From NCBI GenBank assembly GCA_043813605.1, contig JBDRKX010000023.1, positions 1-45,394 on the forward strand: a stretch of 45,394 bases of DNA. The letters are read 5' to 3'. This DNA comes from Elusimicrobiota bacterium. GTDB taxonomy: Bacteria > CG03 > SLGR01 > JBDRKX01. The position numbers were made by a program, and so were the translations under genes. Below are positions 30,437 to 39,904 of this stretch, piece by piece; positions within the stretch are counted from its first letter, which is position 1, and each line of letters starts with the position of its first letter. The notes under the pieces were generated by a model that ran no database searches, had not been told where the DNA came from, and saw nothing but the letters and a program-made list of their open reading frames with translations.

Positions 30437-30600
30437 ATCCCTTATTTTGTGATAGGAATGTAGAACAGAGACGATAAAGATGCCATATAATACACATCAA
30501 AAAAGTGAGGTAATACTTGTAAGTATTGACAAGCTTTTTTGTGACGTAAAATGTGGTATATTTTTTGTCGAATTCCATTTCTCATTGCAAAATCAGGGAT
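30437..30600 (+). repeat. Dispersed 164-bp rod-like palindromic element, copy 2
   Basis: Same length as copy 1 and colinear with it; ends ATCCC...GGGAT (compensatory change versus AACCC...GGGTT). Confidence 0.9.
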
Positions 30601-30615
30601 AAAAGGAACTGACAG

Positions 30616-31590
30616 TTGAACATACTTGTGATACAGACAGCTTATCTTGGTGATTGCGTATTAACGCTCCCGCTCATCAACTCACTGAAGAAGAGTTTCG
30701 AAGGAAAGATCAGTGTTCTTACCAGGCCGGAAACTTCAGATATATTCAGGAGTGCGGGCGCTGTCGATGACGTCATCTCTTTTGATAAGAGAGGAATTGA
30801 CCGCGGAGTATGGTCACTCTTTAAGATCGCCGGATCAATCAGAAGAATGGATTTTGACATGGTTTTTCTTCCCCAGCGGTCAATAAGAAGCGGACTTATA
30901 TCATTTCTTTCCGGTATACCGAGAAGGATAGGATTTAAAAGGGGCGGAGCAAATATCTTCCTGACTGACAAAGTGGAATATGACTGGAATATACATGAAG
31001 CTGAAAGACTTCTTTCTCTGGCGCCGGTTTCAGGCGGGAATAATATTACAAGAGAATCTTCCCTGGCGCCGGACCCGGAAATAGTAGATTCATATAATAA
31101 AAAATACCTGGATACTGAGAAGAAGATCATCGGCATATGTCCGCAGAGCGAGTGGTATACAAAATGCTGGCCGATAGAAAGATACGAAGAACTGATCAGA
31201 ACACTCGGTAATGATATGCAGTTGATAATACTGGGAAATAAAAAACAGGAATGGCTGTTTCCAAATACTATTGATCTGACCGGAAAAACTTCGATAAAAG
31301 AACTGATAGCCATAGTAAGTCAGCTGGATCTGCTGGTTTCTAATGATTCCGGTGTCATGCATATTGCTGCAGCGGTGAAAGTGCCTGTAGTGAGTATTTT
31401 CGGCCCGACAGTACCCGGTATGGGATTCGCTCCTTTCGGGGCCGGGCATACAGTAATAGACATAGAGTTGGATTGCCGTCCCTGCGGGCTGCACGGAGGG
31501 ACGAAATGCCCGCGTAAGCATTTTAAATGTATGCTGGATATAACTACAAAAAGGGTGACGCAGGAAGTATATGCAAAAATCGGCTGCTGA
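30616..31590 (+). CDS. GT9 LPS heptosyltransferase (WaaF-like)
   Basis: QTAYLGD, K.WP, NDSGVMHIAAA, IFGPT, CRPCGLHG; TTG start after AAGGA. Confidence 0.9.
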   Translation: MNILVIQTAYLGDCVLTLPLINSLKKSFEGKISVLTRPETSDIFRSAGAVDDVISFDKRGIDRGVWSLFKIAGSIRRMDFDMVFLPQRSIRSGLISFLSGIPRRIGFKRGGANIFLTDKVEYDWNIHEAERLLSLAPVSGGNNITRESSLAPDPEIVDSYNKKYLDTEKKIIGICPQSEWYTKCWPIERYEELIRTLGNDMQLIILGNKKQEWLFPNTIDLTGKTSIKELIAIVSQLDLLVSNDSGVMHIAAAVKVPVVSIFGPTVPGMGFAPFGAGHTVIDIELDCRPCGLHGGTKCPRKHFKCMLDITTKRVTQEVYAKIGC

Positions 31591-32332
31591 AAATACGCAG
31601 ATGTGTCTGCTGCTGCCTGCATATAACGAGGAAATATCACTGAAAAAACTCGTGCCTCGAATAGATGAGATCCTGCGAACCGGCTATTCTATACTGGTTG
31701 TTAATGACGGGTCAAGTGATGGTACGGCTGATCTTTGCAGGAGTTATTCTCTGCGATATCCTTTGAAATGTATCTCTCTTAAAAAAAACAGCGGCCCCGG
31801 AGCGGCAATTTCCGCCGGACTGGAATATATCCTGGAAAAGATGCCGGATATAAAACTGCTGGTTATAATGGATGCGGATAATACGCACGAACCGGAATAT
31901 ATTGATATTATGGTAACAAAAATCAGGGATAATGATATTGTCATAGCATCCCGTTACGCGGATAAAGGGCGTCAGATAGGCGTAAACCTTCTAAGGAGAT
32001 TCCTGAGCTATACTGCATGTGTTTTATGTTCAGTGATGTTCCCGGCCGAAGCTGTAAGGGACTATACGTGCGGTTTCAGGATGTACCGTCTTGATTTTAT
32101 AAAAAAATACTTTAAAGCAAAAAGCATGCTTCCGGTTGTGCGCAGGGGATTCGCGGCAAATACAGAGATACTTCTGGAACTGCTTCGATATGGAGCAAGA
32201 TGTACCGAGATACCGTTCACCCTGAGGTATGATTTAAAAGAAACAGGGTCTAAAATGAAAATATTCAGTACGGTTTTTGAATATTTCAGCCTGTTTATTG
32301 AAAAGCGCTTTGGCCTAAGGAAAACTGCATGA
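31571..32332 (+). CDS. GT2 glycosyltransferase, polyprenyl-phosphate sugar synthase (DPM1-like)
   Basis: PAYNEE, VNDGSSDGT, MDADNTH, IASRY, DYTCGFRMY, GSKM. Confidence 0.85.
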   Translation: MQKSAAENTQMCLLLPAYNEEISLKKLVPRIDEILRTGYSILVVNDGSSDGTADLCRSYSLRYPLKCISLKKNSGPGAAISAGLEYILEKMPDIKLLVIMDADNTHEPEYIDIMVTKIRDNDIVIASRYADKGRQIGVNLLRRFLSYTACVLCSVMFPAEAVRDYTCGFRMYRLDFIKKYFKAKSMLPVVRRGFAANTEILLELLRYGARCTEIPFTLRYDLKETGSKMKIFSTVFEYFSLFIEKRFGLRKTA

Positions 32333-33414
32333 ACAGTGAAAATATCCGAAAAAACGGTAAGATACTTCATATAGTGAATATACCGTGGTATTCGGGGCTC
32401 GCCGGTTACGCGCTTGATATGGCGCGTTACTTAAAAGAACTTGGTTATGAAAACATTTTTGCAGTTGTCGGAAGTTCTGCGATATATAACAGGATCTTCG
32501 GGTCTTATGAAGTCATAGCGCTCCAGGGAAGGGGCCCGCTGGATTCGATAAAAGGGTTTGCTGCATTATTGAAACATAATTCAGGAATAGACCTGGTAAT
32601 AGCCCATACGGGCAGTTCGTTCTTTATGGGCGCGCTTATGGGATTACTGAGAAACATACCGGTATGGCGGGTAAGGGCGGAAAAAGGCAATGTTAAAAAG
32701 AATATTTTTAATGCAGTCATGCATAGACAGGCGGCGAATATTATAATCCCGATGGAAAGTATCAGGCACGAATTTGCCGGGATAGTCAAAGATGACAAAA
32801 AGATCTTCTTACTTCCGCCTGTCGTTGATACCGTCAAATTCGGTAAAAGCGAATTGCCGGCCGGTACCGATATAGCTGTTGTAGGAAGACTTGACAGTGT
32901 AAAGGGCCACAGGACGCTTATACGCAGTCTTGTTACGGTTAAGAAGGAGATAGCCGGTATCAGGGTACTGTTTTCAGGAAAAGAAGCGGGTGTTAAATGG
33001 AAGGATCTTGAAAAATATGCTGCAGACCTGGGTGTAAGGGAGTCGATATCCTGCCTCGGTTATCTGGATGACGAAAAACTGTCCGGATTAATGAAGTCAT
33101 GCCGTATTGGAATAGTCCCTTCAACAGGTTCGGAAGCTGTAAGCAGAGTGGCTCTGGAATGGATGGCCTGCGCGAGACCTGTGATTGCAAGTAATGTGGG
33201 CAGCCTGCCGGAAACAGTCTCTGAGGGCGTAAACGGGTTTCTTATAGAACCGGGAGACCATGAGACAATGGCTGAAAGAATAACGTGGGTTTTGAAAAAC
33301 AGGAACCTAAATGCTAAAATGGGCCTGAAATCAAGAGAGATAATTGAGAACAGGTTTTCTCCTGTTGTATATAAGGAAAAATTAAAAAAACTGCTTGCAT
33401 CATTAAATGAATAA
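32329..33414 (+). CDS. GT4 glycosyltransferase
   Basis: VGRLDSVKGH, PS..SEAVSRVALEWMAC.RPVIASNVGSLPE, NGFL. Confidence 0.88.
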   Translation: MNSENIRKNGKILHIVNIPWYSGLAGYALDMARYLKELGYENIFAVVGSSAIYNRIFGSYEVIALQGRGPLDSIKGFAALLKHNSGIDLVIAHTGSSFFMGALMGLLRNIPVWRVRAEKGNVKKNIFNAVMHRQAANIIIPMESIRHEFAGIVKDDKKIFLLPPVVDTVKFGKSELPAGTDIAVVGRLDSVKGHRTLIRSLVTVKKEIAGIRVLFSGKEAGVKWKDLEKYAADLGVRESISCLGYLDDEKLSGLMKSCRIGIVPSTGSEAVSRVALEWMACARPVIASNVGSLPETVSEGVNGFLIEPGDHETMAERITWVLKNRNLNAKMGLKSREIIENRFSPVVYKEKLKKLLASLNE

Positions 33415-34144
33415 CCTGTCAGCTATAGTTGTAACTTATAACGAAGAGAAGAATCTGAAGGATTGCCTGGAAAGCCTGTGTTTTGCGGATGAGGTGATTG
33501 TTGTAGATTCTGATTCTTCTGATAATACAGCCCGTATCGCAGAAGATATGGGCGCCGTCGTTTTGCAGACAGATATACAGTACCCCGAAGAGAAAAAGAA
33601 TATCGGAATATCGAGAGCCTCTTTTCCCTGGATATTCGTTCTGGATGCTGATGAACGTGTAACACGAGAACTCCGGGATGAGATAAAAAAAGAGCTTGAT
33701 AACCCGGATTGTGACGGCTATTACATATACAGGAAGAATTTTTTTCTCGGGAAAGAGATAAAACATTGCGGTTGGAATGCCGACCGGGTTATGAGGCTTT
33801 TTAAGAAAGATAAAGGTGTATATCCGGATAAGAGAGTGCACGGTAAACTTCAACTCGATGGAAAAGAGGGATATCTGAACAGTAAAATAGAGCATCATTC
33901 ATATTGCAGCGTCAACGATTATTTCGTTAAAATAAACCGGTATACGCTGTGGAGCGCAAAAGATCTGAAGGGTAAGAAAGTAACCGCGGTTAAACTTGTA
34001 TTAAATCCGGTTTTCAGATTTATCAGGATGTATATTCTCCGTCTTGGATTCCTGGATGGAGTTTACGGACTTATACTTTGTATTATGGCTTCTTTCAGTG
34101 TGTTTATTAAGTATCTCAGGATATATCTCAACACAGAAAACTGA
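33407..34144 (+). CDS. GT2 LPS core beta-1,4-glucosyltransferase-like protein
   Basis: TYNEE, VVDSDSSDNT, LDADE, VH, HHSY, GFLDGVYG. Confidence 0.88.
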   Translation: MNNLSAIVVTYNEEKNLKDCLESLCFADEVIVVDSDSSDNTARIAEDMGAVVLQTDIQYPEEKKNIGISRASFPWIFVLDADERVTRELRDEIKKELDNPDCDGYYIYRKNFFLGKEIKHCGWNADRVMRLFKKDKGVYPDKRVHGKLQLDGKEGYLNSKIEHHSYCSVNDYFVKINRYTLWSAKDLKGKKVTAVKLVLNPVFRFIRMYILRLGFLDGVYGLILCIMASFSVFIKYLRIYLNTEN

Positions 34145-34195
34145 AAAACCCGCGCAAGAATATCCGGTAACCGGGAATCGATCAGGAGAAAAAAT

Positions 34196-35593
34196 ATGAA
34201 AAAGGATATTTCTGTATATTCAGTCATAGTAGCGGTTTTCCTGATAGTTCAAATACCATACATATTCAGAGGTCTTTCAGGGGAGCACAGGCTGCGGCAG
34301 GCGGATACGGCTGCGGTAGCCAGGAATTTCTTCGCCGAATCATCTGATATTCTGAAACCGCGGATAGATAACAGAAGAGATAAAACCGGGATAACGGCAA
34401 TGGAATTTCCTGTGTTTAATTACCTGGTCTCGCTTATTTATCGTTTAACAGGATCGGCATGGTTCGGTTGGGGCCAGATAATGAGCCTCGTTTTTGCAGT
34501 AGGAATTTTTTTCCTTATTTACAGGTTTTCGGTTATTATGGGTTTCAGGTTCCGTTATAAAGCCGTTATTGCGGTATCATTGTTGATGAATGACCTTTTC
34601 TTCAGGTTTTCGGCAAAATTCATGCCTGAGACAATAGCTCTTTTCACTGCCCTTTCGGGCAGCATCTTTTTTATTGAGTATGCGGCCGGGCGAAAAGATA
34701 CATATAAAATACTTATGAGCTGGTTTTTTCTGTCAATGTCGATATTGATAAGACCTTATATGGTAATGCTCTGTTTTCCTGTACTGGTATATACTTTCAG
34801 AAACATAAAGAATAAGAGTGTTGAAATGAAGGGCGCTATACTCGGTGTATCCATACTGCTGCCTTTTTCATTGTGGTATTATTTCTATTGTCCTTATTTA
34901 GTTGAAAAGTACGGACTCGAATATTTCTATATGGGCTCAGGAATTACGGATGGTTTTTTTAGCTGCCTGACATTGGATTTATGGAGCGGTATTATCAAAA
35001 AGATACTTTTTGACCTGCCGGGTTTTTTCCTTCTTCCATTTTTTATAGCCGGACTGCATTATTATATCAGTAATATTGAAAAATACAGTTACATGAACAG
35101 GGCATATATGCTTGGTGTCCCGCTTTCTGCTGTTATTATACTTCCCGTGGTGGCGGCAGATCATTTTATAAAGCACCCTTATTATCTTTTTGCTGCAATA
35201 CCGTCAATAGTCATTATAACGGCAATAGGTTTGGATAATATTGCCGGGATATGGAAAAAATTTTGGACTATTTTTGTTTTATTTTTTATAATCTTTATAA
35301 TAAATAAAACCGATACTTACTTGAAAGACCGCGATCTTGTGATGCTCAGGAACTTTATGCCTGTAATAGAAAATGAATCTGAAGCAGATGACCTCTTTAT
35401 GATCGAGGGCGGAGAAGACCCTGTTTACGCGTATTTTATAGGGAGAAAAGGCTGGCCGGTCAAAAGTGAGATCGCGTTTGATAAAGAAAAACTTGTTAAA
35501 TTCAGAGAAGAAAACGGGGTCAGATTTGTTCTGAGAAAAGAGAAAGAGAATAACAGCAGATTCGAGTTAATAAAACTTGACGGATATAAATAA
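34196..35593 (+). CDS. GT-C fold integral membrane glycosyltransferase (ArnT/PMT-like)
   Basis: H..RQADTAAVARNF...EFP periplasmic loop motif and many hydrophobic helices; AGGAG RBS. Confidence 0.72.
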   Translation: MKKDISVYSVIVAVFLIVQIPYIFRGLSGEHRLRQADTAAVARNFFAESSDILKPRIDNRRDKTGITAMEFPVFNYLVSLIYRLTGSAWFGWGQIMSLVFAVGIFFLIYRFSVIMGFRFRYKAVIAVSLLMNDLFFRFSAKFMPETIALFTALSGSIFFIEYAAGRKDTYKILMSWFFLSMSILIRPYMVMLCFPVLVYTFRNIKNKSVEMKGAILGVSILLPFSLWYYFYCPYLVEKYGLEYFYMGSGITDGFFSCLTLDLWSGIIKKILFDLPGFFLLPFFIAGLHYYISNIEKYSYMNRAYMLGVPLSAVIILPVVAADHFIKHPYYLFAAIPSIVIITAIGLDNIAGIWKKFWTIFVLFFIIFIINKTDTYLKDRDLVMLRNFMPVIENESEADDLFMIEGGEDPVYAYFIGRKGWPVKSEIAFDKEKLVKFREENGVRFVLRKEKENNSRFELIKLDGYK

Positions 35594-35605
35594 AAGTAGA
35601 ATAAG

Positions 35606-36835
35606 ATGATAAATGAAAAGATAGGCGCAACATACGATTTTTTTCTCAACTGGGGCATAATTATCCTTGCTGTGAGCATGACATTTTCAATAACCCTTAT
35701 GAATATATCATTCGGATTCCTGTCTCTCGCTATGCTCCTTCTGATCTTTTCGGGCAAGCTCAGGTTTCGTTCGACCGGACTTGAACTGCCTCTATTGATT
35801 TTCATAGGATTCTATGCATTAAGCGCAGTCCTGGGCCCTGATCCTGTTCATAGCCTGAAAGATGTTTCTGACAACTACTGGTATATTCTTCACATGTATC
35901 TGATAATAATGCTCTTTGATAATAAAGAGATAGACAAGTTTGTCAGGTACCTCGGCTGGTCAACGGTAATCGTATCGGTATATACGATATTGCAGTCTCT
36001 TGTAGGCCTTAATTTTAATATGGGGTTCCATCTGGGTAGGACTATAAAGATGGTGGCTCCTGAACTTGAAAAAGTATTTGAAATAAAGGGATTGCCCATA
36101 TATATGGGCACAGGTATAATGGGTCACCACCTCACTTTCGGCGGTCAGATAATGATGCTGGTGTTTTTTACCTATTTCGCCTTTAGAAGAAGATGGCCCG
36201 TGGTTGTTGCAATGATCGCTTTTTTCTTCAGTTTCGCATACAGCGCCTGGTTCGGAGCTGTAGTTGCAGTGATCATTTTCCTTATGTTTGTTAAAAAGCG
36301 CAGGATCCTGGCAATAGGCATATTTGTACTGTTCGTAACGGTCATAACCGCTGTTCCCGGGAATACTGACAGGATCGCCGGAAAATGGAATGACAGGCTT
36401 CAAATATGGAAAACATCATTGGAGATGTATGCGCTTCATCCTGTATCCGGTATCGGCGCCGGCCAGTATACGCGGGTGTTTGAAGAGGAATACATGGAGA
36501 GATATTCCGGCTCAACAGACGGCGCCCGATGTCATCCCCATTCTATTTACCTTGATATGCTCGTGGAAGGCGGGGTATTAACTTTTTTTGCGTTTCTGTT
36601 TTTTTTGTGGAAGTTCTACAGTATATACGGGAAAACACCGGTATCGGGTAAATGGCGCAAAATTCATACAGCGGGTATTCTTGCGTTTACAGCAGTGCTG
36701 GCAGCAGGGATTTTTCAGACTTACCTTACTGACGCAGAAAATTCAGTTCTAATATGGACTCTTATAGGCCTTATCGTCCGGATCAAGATGATTGAGCATG
36801 AAAACCGCAGATTCGATATTGTATTCAATACTTAG
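35606..36835 (+). CDS. O-antigen ligase-family protein (WaaL/Wzy_C)
   Basis: Multi-TM; RLQIW..SLEM...P..GIGAGQY, HPHSIYL...E.G. Confidence 0.85.
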   Translation: MINEKIGATYDFFLNWGIIILAVSMTFSITLMNISFGFLSLAMLLLIFSGKLRFRSTGLELPLLIFIGFYALSAVLGPDPVHSLKDVSDNYWYILHMYLIIMLFDNKEIDKFVRYLGWSTVIVSVYTILQSLVGLNFNMGFHLGRTIKMVAPELEKVFEIKGLPIYMGTGIMGHHLTFGGQIMMLVFFTYFAFRRRWPVVVAMIAFFFSFAYSAWFGAVVAVIIFLMFVKKRRILAIGIFVLFVTVITAVPGNTDRIAGKWNDRLQIWKTSLEMYALHPVSGIGAGQYTRVFEEEYMERYSGSTDGARCHPHSIYLDMLVEGGVLTFFAFLFFLWKFYSIYGKTPVSGKWRKIHTAGILAFTAVLAAGIFQTYLTDAENSVLIWTLIGLIVRIKMIEHENRRFDIVFNT

Positions 36836-38180
36836 ATTAATAAAGCGCATTATAGCGATAATCCCTCTCAAATCAGACCTTGCCGCCGGCGTGATCCTGG
36901 GGAGGATCGGATATTATTTTTTACCTGAAAGAAGAAAGATAACCATTGATAATATATCAAGAGCTTTTCCCGATAATGACCTGAAATGGTGCCGTGTGAC
37001 CGCCCGCCGGGTATATGAGAATTTCGGTAAGAACATGATGGAGTTAATTAAATTCTCAGCGGGAAAACTTTTTAGCAGGGTTAAAGTCTCCAAACTTGAA
37101 AAATTCGATTCGGGAGCGGTATTGCTCACCGGGCACATAGGCAATTGGGAACTGACCGGTATGTCAATAACAGCAAGCGGGCGTGAACTGTATCCTGTCG
37201 GAAGAAGAATACATAATAAAGCATTTGACAGGATAGTGGACGATCTTAGAACAGTATACGGCAGTCATCATATACCCTACCGGGGAAGCATAAGGGAGAT
37301 AATGCGCAAGATAAAGGAGAACAAGAATATATGTATCCTTATGGACCAGCGTATGAGAAGCGGCCTGCCTCTGAGTTTTTTCGGCAGGCCGGTCTGGTGT
37401 ACGCGCATAGCTTCGGTATTGTGGAGAAAGACAAAGGTGGATATAGTCCCGGGATACAGCTACCATTCCAAGGGAGACATACAGGTGGTTTATGACGAGC
37501 CGCTTGAGTTCATAGACAGCGGAGACGCGCTTAAATCGGATTTTATCAATACGCAAAAGCAGCTTGACTGGTTAGAGGAGAAGATCAGGCAGAAACCTGA
37601 TGAATGGTTCTGGATGCATAATTTCTGGAAAGATAAATGGCCGGCTGTTTTTTTTGACAGAGACGGTACTATCAATGTGGATCGCGGATATGTCTCGACA
37701 AAGGAGAAACTTGAATTTCTGCCGGGTGTATTTGAAGCTATGCGTGAAATAAGAAAAGCCGGTTATCTGATTGTAATAATAACAAACCAGTCGGGAATAG
37801 CAAGAGGGTATTATACTGAGGCTGATTATATGAGACTGAATACATATTTCATGCAGAAAATGAAAGAAGAGGGCGTTATCATAGACAGGGTATACCATTG
37901 TCCGCATCATCCGGATGAAGACTGTTCCTTTAGAAAACCTAATCCCGGAATGATATTCAAAGCCCGGGATGAATTGAATATAGATCTTGCAGAAAGTTTC
38001 GTTATAGGTGATAAAGTTACGGATATTAAAGCGGCAGAAAACGCCGGGACAAAAAGCATAATGGTTATGACCGGATACGGACGGGAGCATCTAAAAAATG
38101 CTTCACCTGATCATACTGCAGAAGGATTGAAAGAAGCAGTTCCTATTATCCTGAAACAGAGGCAGGCAGATATTGCTTAA
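36792..38180 (+). CDS. Fusion of lipid A secondary acyltransferase (LpxL-like) and heptose-1,7-bisphosphate phosphatase (GmhB-like)
   Basis: N-part GHIGNWE, DQ, FFGRP, PDEWFWMH.FWK; C-part HAD DRDGTIN, TNQSGIARG, RKP.PGM, IGDK..D, TGYG. Confidence 0.88.
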   Translation: MSMKTADSILYSILRLIKRIIAIIPLKSDLAAGVILGRIGYYFLPERRKITIDNISRAFPDNDLKWCRVTARRVYENFGKNMMELIKFSAGKLFSRVKVSKLEKFDSGAVLLTGHIGNWELTGMSITASGRELYPVGRRIHNKAFDRIVDDLRTVYGSHHIPYRGSIREIMRKIKENKNICILMDQRMRSGLPLSFFGRPVWCTRIASVLWRKTKVDIVPGYSYHSKGDIQVVYDEPLEFIDSGDALKSDFINTQKQLDWLEEKIRQKPDEWFWMHNFWKDKWPAVFFDRDGTINVDRGYVSTKEKLEFLPGVFEAMREIRKAGYLIVIITNQSGIARGYYTEADYMRLNTYFMQKMKEEGVIIDRVYHCPHHPDEDCSFRKPNPGMIFKARDELNIDLAESFVIGDKVTDIKAAENAGTKSIMVMTGYGREHLKNASPDHTAEGLKEAVPIILKQRQADIA

Positions 38181-39171
38181 GACAGCTTTATCTCCTTTAC
38201 TTTTTGTTTTCTCATGCATTTACAGACTGGGCCTGATCTTTTTCATCAGTACGGTCAAAACAAATACAGTAACGGTACCTGTAGTGAGTTTCGGGAATAT
38301 CACGACAGGCGGGACAGGTAAAACACCGGCAGTGATGAAGTTGATCGAGAGTATAGACAATAGGAAAAAGACAGCGCTCTTAACAAGGGGCTATGGAAGG
38401 ACGTCATCGGGTATGTATATAGGAGATATCGCGAGTACGGCCCGCCAGATAGGAGATGAAGCGGTAACTGTTAAGCGAAGATATCCCGATGTTATGATAA
38501 TTGCGGGAAAAGACAGGTCAAAGAGCGCCGAAGAGGGAATAAAACGCGGTGCTGAAGTATTGATAATGGATGACGGGTTTCAGAGCCGTGAACTGAACAG
38601 GAATATGGATATAGTCCTGATAGACTGTACTGCTCCTTTCGGAAACCGGCAGCTTATACCGCTTGGAATGCTGAGAGAACCGTTATCCTCACTCGCCCGG
38701 GCGGATAAAGTGATACTGACCCGTTCGGATATGGTTAAAGAAGACGAGGTGGAAGACATTAAAAAAACCGTAAAAAAGTACAATCCATATGCAGACATAC
38801 TTCATGCAGTTGAGAGTATAAGAGAGGTCTCCATGATATCGGGGCAAGGTAAGTATCCGGCAGAAGTATTGAATGGAAAAGAGCTGATCTCTTTTTGCGC
38901 CATAGGAAATCCCGGCGGGTTCTATCGTCTTGTTGATCAGGCCGGAGGCAGGATAGTAAGAAAAATCGAAAAAAGGGACCATTATAAATGGAAGCGTTCC
39001 GACCTTGAAAAAATATCAGATGAAGCATATAATGAAAAGGCCGAACTGATAACTACGGAAAAAGATGCGGCGAGGTTTGCCGGTGTCCATAAGATAGAAG
39101 GCTGGATACTGAAAATGGATATTATGATCAGGGAATCTGATAAATGGGAAGATATTGTAAATGAGATATAG
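38173..39171 (+). CDS. lpxK: Tetraacyldisaccharide 4'-kinase
   Basis: GNITTGGTGKTP, RGY, GDE, DDGFQ, P.G.LREP, AIGNP, DH, TTEKDA. Confidence 0.95.
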   Translation: MLKTALSPLLFVFSCIYRLGLIFFISTVKTNTVTVPVVSFGNITTGGTGKTPAVMKLIESIDNRKKTALLTRGYGRTSSGMYIGDIASTARQIGDEAVTVKRRYPDVMIIAGKDRSKSAEEGIKRGAEVLIMDDGFQSRELNRNMDIVLIDCTAPFGNRQLIPLGMLREPLSSLARADKVILTRSDMVKEDEVEDIKKTVKKYNPYADILHAVESIREVSMISGQGKYPAEVLNGKELISFCAIGNPGGFYRLVDQAGGRIVRKIEKRDHYKWKRSDLEKISDEAYNEKAELITTEKDAARFAGVHKIEGWILKMDIMIRESDKWEDIVNEI

Positions 39172-39904
39172 AAAGGGATTACTGCTGATACTGCTTGTGG
39201 TAATTATTTTTGCCGGCAGCCTTTTTGCGGAAAGAATACTGTCGCCCTGGGGTGTGGGAGAAAAACTTACGTTTTCTATCAGGTGGGGAATGATAACATG
39301 CGGGTATGCTCATATGGAAGTGCGGGAAAAGATAAAACTCTCCGGCAGGGATACATACAGGATCGTTACAACCGCAAGAAGCGCCCAGTTTTTCGACCCT
39401 TTTTATAAAGTGAGGGACAGAGTGGAATCATATATTGATGTAGAAAATCTTTATACTGTCAGATATGAACAGAGCAACAGGGAGGGAAGTTATAAGAAGG
39501 ATCTCAAGATCATATATGATCATGAACATAAGGTCGCCTTTGAAAATAATCATAAATTCGATATTACCGAAGGTATACAGGATGTCCTCTCGGCACTGTA
39601 TTATCTGAGGACAAAAGAACTTGAAGTCGGGAAAAGTTACGAATTTGATGTCGGTACAGGCAAAAAAACATGGCCTCTCGTAGTTGATGTCATAAGCCGG
39701 GAAAAGGTGAATGTGCCTGCCGGCGAATTCAAGACTATAAAAGTGATTCCCAGGCTTAGAGAAGAAGGTATATTCAAAGCTAAGGGCGATCTTGAGGTCT
39801 GGCTGACGGACGATGAAAGGAAGTACCCGGTACAGATGAAATCAAAGATCGAGTTCGGTACTATTTCCGCGGTGCTTATTAAGAAAAAACTTTCGAAAAA
39901 ATGA
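39161..39904 (+). CDS. DUF3108-like exported protein
   Basis: Signal peptide; GEKL.F...WG, FYKV.D, QD.LSA.Y, V.VPAG.F, WLTDD...PV. Confidence 0.75.
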   Translation: MRYRKGLLLILLVVIIFAGSLFAERILSPWGVGEKLTFSIRWGMITCGYAHMEVREKIKLSGRDTYRIVTTARSAQFFDPFYKVRDRVESYIDVENLYTVRYEQSNREGSYKKDLKIIYDHEHKVAFENNHKFDITEGIQDVLSALYYLRTKELEVGKSYEFDVGTGKKTWPLVVDVISREKVNVPAGEFKTIKVIPRLREEGIFKAKGDLEVWLTDDERKYPVQMKSKIEFGTISAVLIKKKLSKK

